Source: Acaryochloridaceae cyanobacterium VAR_48_metabat_390 (lineage in GTDB: Bacteria > Cyanobacteriota > Cyanobacteriia > Thermosynechococcales > Thermosynechococcaceae). From it: DNA of 58,065 nt. The notes under the pieces are model-generated. The model had not been told where the DNA came from. It made no database searches and saw nothing but the letters and a program-made list of their open reading frames with translations. The stretch spans positions 1 to 58,065 of the forward strand of contig JANPLU010000108.1 of the NCBI GenBank assembly GCA_031422435.1, in the 5' to 3' direction. This document shows positions 50,833 through 58,065 of this stretch, in pieces. Both the position numbers and the translations under genes were made by a program. Every line of letters starts with the position of its first letter. Position 1 is the stretch's first letter.

Positions 50833-52623
50833 ATGTGGAGTAGCGACGGTATGGCGGTCGGTAATCATCAAACGTTATTTCCTCAAGAAATGGCGCTCCA
50901 AGATACTTTTCAGCTTTATAACCCGATCACAATTGCTGCTGCTGCTCTGGCTGCTGTTTCGTGCTGCATAATGGCAACTTCTGCCGCTGCTGCTGGCCTG
51001 AATCCTGAAATTAAGGTGGGTATTAAGCAGCGCTTTGGTCAGCAGCCGAAAGATCAGCTTGTGCTTCAGGCACAGACAGGCGATCGCCTCACCGTCAAAT
51101 TTTGGACAGACAAAAAGCCCGTCACCGCCATCGTCAACAAGCTGCAAATCAACATCGCCCAAGAACCTCTGGCAAGCCCGCGTATAGACGAGCGACTGGT
51201 CATCAGCACCCACCGAAGCTTTGAGAGTGCAGAGGCCAGTGCCAAAACGTGGCAAGCCAAGGGCATTGCGGTTGAACTGGCTCAGCCCGATAACTGGCAG
51301 GTCTGGGCCAAACGCGATCGCTATGACTCTACGGTGAGCCGCCTGCTGCTACAGCAAGACCTCAAAAGCAAGGGGCTAACCACAAGCTACTTAGACCAAA
51401 AAACGATTACAACCCGCCCCATCCTAAGCTGGGAACTCAACGGATACCGCTACAACCGCCATGAACTAGAGATCGCAGCCGACAAAAACGTCATTCAAGT
51501 GGGCACTCAGCGTTTTGGCGGACGTCTGCGGTTTCAGCCTAATTCTTATGGATCTTATACCCTCGTTAATCAAGTCCCCATCGAAACCTACCTGCGCGGG
51601 GTAGTCCCCTACGAAATTGGGCCTAAAGCGCCCGAAACCGCCGTCCAAGCCCAGACTATTTTGGCGAGAACCTATGCACTGCGAAACCTGCGGCGTTTTA
51701 AGATTGACGGATACGAGCTATGTGCCACAACCCAGTGTCAGGTCTACGAAGGACTCAACGGCACCACACCCCTGTCTGATCAGTCTATTGCAGCAACGGC
51801 GGGGCAGGTGTTGACCTATGGCAACGAACTGATTGACGCACTGTATTCTTCTACAACGGGCGGCGTTACAGCAGCCTTTGAAGACGTGTGGGAAGGCGCA
51901 CCCAGACCCTATCTTCAGCCCAAAATTGATGCTTACCCAAATCGAGTTTGGGATCTCAAAACCCGCAACCTTTCCGATGAGAAAGCGTTTCGAGCCTTTA
52001 TTCAGATTAGGCAAGGCTTTAATGAAGACGGCTGGGGCTATCTCCGCTGGAAAACGACTGCGCTGCTGCCAAAGCTCAACAAAGATCTTCGTGATTTCTT
52101 GAAAAAACAGCAGCATCCCCTGACCGGATTTACCACTATTGAAAATATTCAGGTGGTGGAACGTGCCCGTTCTGGACGCGTTCAGCGGCTGCGAGTTACC
52201 ACCAACCTTGGCGCTATTGACCTGACCAAAGATGAGATTCTAAGAGCCTTTGAAACCCCAAATAGCCTGCTATTTTATGTGGAGCCAGTTGCTGCTGCTG
52301 GGAAAGATTCTAAAACCCTTAGTGGTTTTGCTTTCGTCGGAGGTGGTTTGGGCCATGCCGTTGGCCTCAGTCAGGCGGGATCTTACGCCCTCAGCCAGCA
52401 GGGGTTATCCGCGCCAAAGATTTTGAATTTCTACTACCCCAATACGGTGCTGCAACCGCTCTCTCCTAAAATTATTGCTTGGAAAGATGATGCCTTACCT
52501 GATACAGTAGCGTCCCAAAAACCTCAGTCTGAAGAAGACTCAGGCTTTCAAATTTTTGGCTGGAAATTTCCAGAACTAGGACTGAAGCCGATTTTTCAAT
52601 GGTTTCAATCCCTCTCGGCCTAA
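50833..52623 (+). CDS. SpoIID/LytB-domain protein
   Basis: VPIETYLRGVVPYE, AQTILARTYAL, CATTQCQVY, GGGLGHAVGLSQAG..ILNFYYP; start uncertain. Confidence 0.88.
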   Translation: MWSSDGMAVGNHQTLFPQEMALQDTFQLYNPITIAAAALAAVSCCIMATSAAAAGLNPEIKVGIKQRFGQQPKDQLVLQAQTGDRLTVKFWTDKKPVTAIVNKLQINIAQEPLASPRIDERLVISTHRSFESAEASAKTWQAKGIAVELAQPDNWQVWAKRDRYDSTVSRLLLQQDLKSKGLTTSYLDQKTITTRPILSWELNGYRYNRHELEIAADKNVIQVGTQRFGGRLRFQPNSYGSYTLVNQVPIETYLRGVVPYEIGPKAPETAVQAQTILARTYALRNLRRFKIDGYELCATTQCQVYEGLNGTTPLSDQSIAATAGQVLTYGNELIDALYSSTTGGVTAAFEDVWEGAPRPYLQPKIDAYPNRVWDLKTRNLSDEKAFRAFIQIRQGFNEDGWGYLRWKTTALLPKLNKDLRDFLKKQQHPLTGFTTIENIQVVERARSGRVQRLRVTTNLGAIDLTKDEILRAFETPNSLLFYVEPVAAAGKDSKTLSGFAFVGGGLGHAVGLSQAGSYALSQQGLSAPKILNFYYPNTVLQPLSPKIIAWKDDALPDTVASQKPQSEEDSGFQIFGWKFPELGLKPIFQWFQSLSA

Positions 52624-52870
52624 ACACGGCTGTACTCAGTCAAAATCGTTATGCAGAAATGTGCTGCTTAGATACGCTCCATGCATCGTGATGCTGCATC
52701 ACGTTTCCCAAAGCCGTTTGAAAAACCTAAAATAGAGGAGCGTCATATTTCAGAATCGTTACAAACGACGATTGAGACGGACGATTATAGGCAAAACACC
52801 GCACAATAAGGACGTGCGGGATGCCCTCATTAGGCGTCTTTCTTCGCCCTCTATTTCTTCAGTATCCGTT

Positions 52871-53935
52871 ATGCAAAAAACCTATGACTGTCGTGTCATA
52901 AAGACTACCCCCTTGATTAGCCCCGCACTGCTTCACCACGATCTACCCATTACAGATACCGCCTCGAGTTTGGTTGCCGAAACCCGCGATCGCATTCGCA
53001 ACATCATGCGAAATGAAGATCGGCGATTGCTGGTTATTGTAGGCCCTTGCTCTGTGCATGATGTAGATGCCGCCTACGATTACGGTCAGCGGCTTGCTGC
53101 CCTGCGCCAAGAGCTATCCGACGACCTCGAAATTGTGATGCGGGTGTACTTCGAGAAACCCCGCACCAATATCGGCTGGAAAGGGCTAATTAACGACCCT
53201 TACTTGGATGGCAGCTACGACATTAATACAGGGATGCGTCTTGCCCGTAAGCTGCTGCTAGATCTCGCCCACCTGGGTTTACCTGCCGCCACCGAACTAC
53301 TAGATCCAATCACGCCTCAATATATCGCTGACGTGATTGCCTGGACAGCGATCGGCGCGCGCACCACTGAGAGCCAAACCCACCGCGAAATGGCCTCTGG
53401 TTTATCTATGCCGATTGGGTTTAAAAACAATACCGATGGCAGCTTGCAAGCCGCTATCAACGCCATGTTAGCCGCCAGCCAACCTCACCATTTTTTGGGG
53501 ATTAACCTCCACGGTCTTGCCAGCATTGTTTCAACCATGGGCAACCCAGATACGCACTTGGTGCTGCGCGGCGGTAAATCAGGCCCCAACTTTAGTGCAT
53601 CTCACGTTGAGGCATCTGCAAAGGAACTGGTTCGACTTAATCTCAACCATCGCGTTATGGTCGATTGCAGTCACGCCAATGCTGATAAAGACCACAACCG
53701 CCAAACATCTGTATTAGACAATGTGGCTGAACAGCTTTTGGCAGGCTCTCGGCATTTGCTAGGCGTTATGGTGGAAAGCCATTTGGTTGCGGGAAATCAG
53801 CCCATCAAAGATGATTTATCTCAGCTTGTTTATGGTCAAAGCATTACCGATGCTTGCGTTGACTTTGACACAACGCAGGCCATGCTTAGAAAACTGGCTC
53901 AATCGGTTAAAAGCTCGGCAATGGTGTCCTGCTGA
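52871..53935 (+). CDS. DAHP synthase, class I-alpha (AroF/AroG/AroH type)
   Basis: GPCSVHD, RVYFEKPRTNIGWKGLINDP, IGARTTESQTHRE, VDCSHAN, YGQSITDAC; ATG at 52871. Confidence 0.93.
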   Translation: MQKTYDCRVIKTTPLISPALLHHDLPITDTASSLVAETRDRIRNIMRNEDRRLLVIVGPCSVHDVDAAYDYGQRLAALRQELSDDLEIVMRVYFEKPRTNIGWKGLINDPYLDGSYDINTGMRLARKLLLDLAHLGLPAATELLDPITPQYIADVIAWTAIGARTTESQTHREMASGLSMPIGFKNNTDGSLQAAINAMLAASQPHHFLGINLHGLASIVSTMGNPDTHLVLRGGKSGPNFSASHVEASAKELVRLNLNHRVMVDCSHANADKDHNRQTSVLDNVAEQLLAGSRHLLGVMVESHLVAGNQPIKDDLSQLVYGQSITDACVDFDTTQAMLRKLAQSVKSSAMVSC

Positions 53936-53968
53936 GGCAACTCCACTCGATTTCTCATAAAATGAAAC

Positions 53969-54005
53969 CGAAAAAAGCATCTAGGTAGACTAGATGCTTT
54001 TTTCG
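53969..54005. terminator. Bidirectional Rho-independent terminator between the convergent DAHP synthase and desA genes
   Basis: Perfect 16-bp inverted repeat CGAAAAAAGCATCTAG-gtaga-CTAGATGCTTTTTTCG containing A6/T6 tracts. Confidence 0.85.
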
Positions 54006-54025
54006 ATTTTATGACCTAAGCAAGT

Positions 54026-55066
54026 CTATTGATTGCGGTGAAATGTCTTAAAAGACTGATAGTTATCTTCAGGGTGATAGAGATGGCACTCTTGCACAAT
54101 GTTAGACATCAAAGACCAGTTAAAACGGCACTCTCGCACATACTCGCCCCAGTTTTCTTTGATGCTATCGTGAGCCATCCGGAGGCGATAGGACGGAATT
54201 GCCGTTGAAATGTGATGGGGGACATGAACGTTAATGTCATGACATAGTACCTCAACCCAATGTGGGTAGTCACAGTGGACGGTTCCATTTAGCTGAGATT
54301 CAGCAGCATTCCACTTAGATTCGGGGTAGAACGCAATATCTGTGGAGGTGTGGTGTACCAAGGTAAAGGTACTCATCCAGAAGTGATACACCAGCCAAGG
54401 CATTAGCCAAAACTTAACGAAGCCCCAAACGCCTGTGGTGATGATTAGGGTTGGAAAGACGATGGCGGCAAACGCGGCGATCGCCAACACTGAAATTCGC
54501 ACTTGGTCGCGCTCTTTTCCTTCAAAGGCACGCCAATCTAGGTGATATTTTGCCCAGTGCGCAATAGAGCCAGCCCACCAAAAATAGCCGCGCAGCGCGC
54601 GATACCCTGCCTGAATATTAGAGGAGTACTGAGCATAATCTTCAGCGCGGCTAGGATGCCAAGCGTTATCAACATCTAGCTTATTGGTGTGGGCGTGATG
54701 AAAATTATGCTGAATCCGCCAGCTATGAAAAGGATAGATCAGCGGCAGCAAAAAGATGTGACCCACCCAGTCATTTACCCAACGTTTTTTAGAAAACGAG
54801 CGATGTCCGCAGTCGTGGGCAATCACAAAAAAGCCTGTCAATGCGGTTCCGGTTAAAGCCCAGGCAAGCGGCAGTAAAAACCAAGGAGAGAACACAATAG
54901 ACCCATAGCCCAGCGCCACAAACAAAACGCTGATGACAACGCCCTTCCACGCTTGGATAGGATCTTGCTCAAAACAGGCTTTGGGAAGCGATTGAATAAT
55001 ATTGCGAAGCTGAAGCGTGTTGTCCTGCTCGGCAGGACGAAGAGAGGCAGATACAGTCGCTGTCAT
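54026..55066 (-). CDS. desA: Delta-12 acyl-lipid desaturase
   Basis: His boxes HDCGH, HNFHH, HVPHH; FWMSTFTLVHH; probable ATG at 55066. Confidence 0.9.
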   Translation of the reverse strand: MTATVSASLRPAEQDNTLQLRNIIQSLPKACFEQDPIQAWKGVVISVLFVALGYGSIVFSPWFLLPLAWALTGTALTGFFVIAHDCGHRSFSKKRWVNDWVGHIFLLPLIYPFHSWRIQHNFHHAHTNKLDVDNAWHPSRAEDYAQYSSNIQAGYRALRGYFWWAGSIAHWAKYHLDWRAFEGKERDQVRISVLAIAAFAAIVFPTLIITTGVWGFVKFWLMPWLVYHFWMSTFTLVHHTSTDIAFYPESKWNAAESQLNGTVHCDYPHWVEVLCHDINVHVPHHISTAIPSYRLRMAHDSIKENWGEYVRECRFNWSLMSNIVQECHLYHPEDNYQSFKTFHRNQ

Positions 55067-55428
55067 GGAGTTGGAATCATAGTAAAGAACAGCAGATGAG
55101 AGACGCCTTACCTGGGCAGGCGACAGACGCACCGCTGGGGAAAGACTGTGAAAAGTTGGGTGAATTGCAGCCGCAGCCGCCGATGCTAGGGATTATGTCT
55201 TGCAGGAAACAGGCCGTGCCGATAGAATGCACAACTTGTGCTGTAGGCAAAGCCTAATCACCTAAACCCTTGTTTTTTATAACATATCTTGACCATTCAC
55301 TCAGGATTCCCACTCAGGCAATCTTTATAAATGCTGACAGCCAAAGAATCAGTATTCATAATGCAGAGCGCCCAGCCATGTTTTACGATAGAGCTTAAAG
55401 CTTTGCGTATGGTTCGGTTTTGTCATCC

Positions 55429-56784
55429 ATGAGTTTAGAGTCCCGTCGCTACCACATTGTCACGTTTGGATGCCAAATGAATAAGGCAGATTCTGAACGA
55501 ATGGCTGGAGTTTTAGAAGAGATGGGCTACGAGTGGGCAGAGCAGCCTGACGACGCAAAGGTGATTCTCTACAACACCTGCACGATTCGAGACAATGCCG
55601 AGCAGAAGGTTTACTCGTACTTAGGGCGACAGGCTAAGCGCAAGCAGAAGGAGCCAGATTTAACCTTGGTAGTTGCTGGCTGCGTGGCGCAGCAAGAAGG
55701 TGAAGCGCTATTGCGCCGCGTGCCAGAGCTAGATTTAGTGATGGGACCTCAACACGCCAATCGGCTTCAGGAGCTACTAGAGCAGGTTTTTGCAGGCAAT
55801 CAGGTGGTTGCGACCGAACCGATCAACATCGTCGAAGACATCACCAAGCCCCGACGAGATAGTGCAGTAACGGCCTGGGTGAACGTTATCTACGGCTGCA
55901 ATGAACGCTGTACCTACTGCGTGGTGCCCAACGTGCGCGGCGTTGAGCAGTCTCGCACCCCTGATGCCATCCGCGCCGACATGGAAGACCTGAGCCGTCA
56001 GGGGTTCAAAGAGGTGACGCTTCTGGGGCAAAACATTGATGCCTATGGACGGGACTTACCAGGCTCCACCGCTGAAGGTCGTCATCAGCACACCCTTACG
56101 GATTTGCTGTACTTTGTCCATGATGTACCAGGCATTGAGCGCATTCGCTTTGCTACCAGCCACCCTCGCTATTTTACCGAGCGACTAATTCACGCCTGTG
56201 CGGAGCTGCCCAAGGTCTGCGAACATTTCCACATCCCGTTCCAGTCTGGGGATAACGAGGTGCTAAAGGCGATGAGCCGAGGCTACACGCAAGAACGTTA
56301 TCGCCGCATTATTGAGATGGTGCGCGGTTACATGCCCGATGCTTCCATTAGCGCAGATGCCATTGTGGGGTTCCCTGGCGAAACGGAAGCGCAGTTTGAG
56401 GCCACCCTTCAGCTTGTGGAAGACTTGGAGTTTGATTTGTTAAATACGGCGGCTTATTCCCCTCGCCCTGGCACCCCAGCGGCACTCTGGGAAAACCAGT
56501 TGAGCGAAGAAGTGAAAGGCGATCGCCTTCAGCGCCTCAACCGACTGGTGAATCAGAAGGCAGCGGGGCGATCGCAGCGATACCTAGGGCGTACAGAAGA
56601 AGTCTTGGTAGAAGATGCCAACCTCAAAGATCAAACCCAGGTGATGGGGCGTACACGGGGCAATCGCCTCACCTTTTTTGCAGGGAATATTGAGCAGCTT
56701 CGGGGTCAGCTCATTCCGGTCAAAATTACCGAAGTTCGACCCTTTAGTCTGACGGGTGTACCGATGGTGCCTGTAACCTGCTAA
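55429..56784 (+). CDS. miaB: tRNA-2-methylthio-N6-dimethylallyladenosine synthase
   Basis: [22 protein letters not shown], radical [20 protein letters not shown]-terminal TRAM domain. Confidence 0.95.
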   Translation: MSLESRRYHIVTFGCQMNKADSERMAGVLEEMGYEWAEQPDDAKVILYNTCTIRDNAEQKVYSYLGRQAKRKQKEPDLTLVVAGCVAQQEGEALLRRVPELDLVMGPQHANRLQELLEQVFAGNQVVATEPINIVEDITKPRRDSAVTAWVNVIYGCNERCTYCVVPNVRGVEQSRTPDAIRADMEDLSRQGFKEVTLLGQNIDAYGRDLPGSTAEGRHQHTLTDLLYFVHDVPGIERIRFATSHPRYFTERLIHACAELPKVCEHFHIPFQSGDNEVLKAMSRGYTQERYRRIIEMVRGYMPDASISADAIVGFPGETEAQFEATLQLVEDLEFDLLNTAAYSPRPGTPAALWENQLSEEVKGDRLQRLNRLVNQKAAGRSQRYLGRTEEVLVEDANLKDQTQVMGRTRGNRLTFFAGNIEQLRGQLIPVKITEVRPFSLTGVPMVPVTC

Positions 56785-56791
56785 CTTGCAG

Positions 56792-57622
56792 CTAGTTTTT
56801 CAGCCCTGTTGCTGCAATACCGCGCACGAGCTGTCGTTGCCCCAAAACGCATAGCACCACAACGGGAATGCTAGAAATCACCACCGCCGCCATCATCAAA
56901 GGCCAGTTATTTGTAAACTGCTCCTGAAAACTGGCGAGAGAGATCTGCACCGTGATCAGTTCCGGTTTAGTGGTAAACACTAAGGGCTTAAACAAATCAT
57001 TCCACTCGCCAATAAAAGTAAATAAAAATAGCGTCACTAGCGCCGGACTCGCCAACGGCAGCAGCACCCGCCACAGCACCTGAAGCCGCGTAGCGCCATC
57101 TAGCTCAGCGGCTTCTTCTAGCTCTACAGGGATGGTCATAAAAAACTGGCGCATCAGCACAATGCCAAACCCGTTGGCGGCAGTCGGCAAAATGAGCGCG
57201 CCGTAGGTATTGAGCAGATGAGCAGACTTAAGCACCAAAAAGATGGGAATCACCAAAAGCTGAAAGGGAATGACCAGGGTTGTCAGCGCAACAAGCAATA
57301 CCGTCTGCCGTCCCCAAAACTGGATCCGCGCTAATGCGTAGCCTGCCAGTGCCGAGGTGATAATCTGTAGCCCCGTGACGCACAGGGCGACCAGGGTTGA
57401 GTTAGCAAAGGCGAGTAAAAAATTCCCGCCTCGCCATGCCGTCTCATATTGGGCAAGGCTCCATTGAGAATGAGCGCTGGGAATCCCCGCTGCTGCGCCA
57501 GGAGGCAAAAAAGACGTGGCAACCACGATGATGAGCGGGGCAAGTACGGAGATCGCACTCAACCCCAAAACCCCAATCCCCAAGCTTCGAGACAGGAATG
57601 GATTGACTTTCATAGGGGACAT
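56792..57622 (-). CDS. Carbohydrate ABC transporter permease (MalG/UgpE-like)
   Basis: EAA motif IPVELEEAAELDGA, FIGEWNDLFKPL; probable ATG at 57622 or 57613. Confidence 0.9.
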   Translation of the reverse strand: MSPMKVNPFLSRSLGIGVLGLSAISVLAPLIIVVATSFLPPGAAAGIPSAHSQWSLAQYETAWRGGNFLLAFANSTLVALCVTGLQIITSALAGYALARIQFWGRQTVLLVALTTLVIPFQLLVIPIFLVLKSAHLLNTYGALILPTAANGFGIVLMRQFFMTIPVELEEAAELDGATRLQVLWRVLLPLASPALVTLFLFTFIGEWNDLFKPLVFTTKPELITVQISLASFQEQFTNNWPLMMAAVVISSIPVVVLCVLGQRQLVRGIAATGLKN

Positions 57623-57626
57623 CTCT

Positions 57627-58064
57627 TTAGCTAGCCTGGGGTAGTAGACCCGACGGAATGGCGGCAATAAGCTGCTGGGTGTACGCCTGCTGAGGGTGAC
57701 GATAGATTTGCTCCGCCGCGCCAATTTCCTCAATTTTGCCTTGATTCATCACCATAATGCGATCGCTCATAAATTTCACCACGCTCAAATCATGGGAAAT
57801 AAAGAGGTAGGTGAGGTTAAAATCTTGCTGTAGCTCTTTAAGTAGATTGAGTACCTGCGCCTGTACCGAGACATCCAAAGCCGAGACGGATTCATCGCAC
57901 ACAATAAACTTAGGGTTAAGCGCCAACGCTCGCGCAATGCAGATCCGCTGCCGCTGTCCACCAGAAAATTCGTGGGGGTAGCGCCGTAGGTCACTGGGCT
58001 GTAGGCCAACTCGCTCTAGAAGGTAGAGGGCGCGATCGCGGACGTTTTGCTTGATGCCGCTCAG
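57627..58064 (-). CDS. Peptide/nickel-type ABC transporter ATP-binding protein (partial; 5' end lies outside the window)
   Basis: Frame is open to the window edge: [43 protein letters not shown]. Confidence 0.9.
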   Translation of the reverse strand: MSGIKQNVRDRALYLLERVGLQPSDLRRYPHEFSGGQRQRICIARALALNPKFIVCDESVSALDVSVQAQVLNLLKELQQDFNLTYLFISHDLSVVKFMSDRIMVMNQGKIEEIGAAEQIYRHPQQAYTQQLIAAIPSGLLPQAS

Positions 58065-58065
58065 C

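Overview
Cyanobacterial chromosome segment, judged from dense HIP1 GCGATCGC octamers and the genes apcD, pipX-pipY-sepF-proC, plmA and desA. Most of it is housekeeping: tyrS, gltX, metG, tRNA-Pro(CGG), rne, miaB, cobS, riboflavin synthase, glcEF and a DAHP synthase. The standout is a ~12.3 kb three-gene biosynthetic locus right after proC (17568-29827). A GH3-family acyl-adenylate/amide synthetase is transcribed divergently from a FAAL-ACP loader and a single fully reducing PKS module (KS-AT-DH-ER-KR-ACP). That module ends in a fused PLP-dependent alpha-oxoamine synthase (SPT/BioF family) instead of a thioesterase. This logic predicts a long-chain aminoketone (sphingoid-like base) that the GH3 could N-acylate, i.e. 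a candidate ceramide-like/aminolipid pathway; the product is inferred, not demonstrated. Other notable items are a plmA split by a single-base frameshift, an AT-rich GGDEF gene with no HIP1 site seen (possibly imported), a decayed small-gene remnant abutting the tRNA-Pro 3' end, an FHA/pseudo-receiver fusion next to a Ser/Thr kinase, and several hairpins and palindromes. All calls come from reading motifs by eye; no database searches were run.
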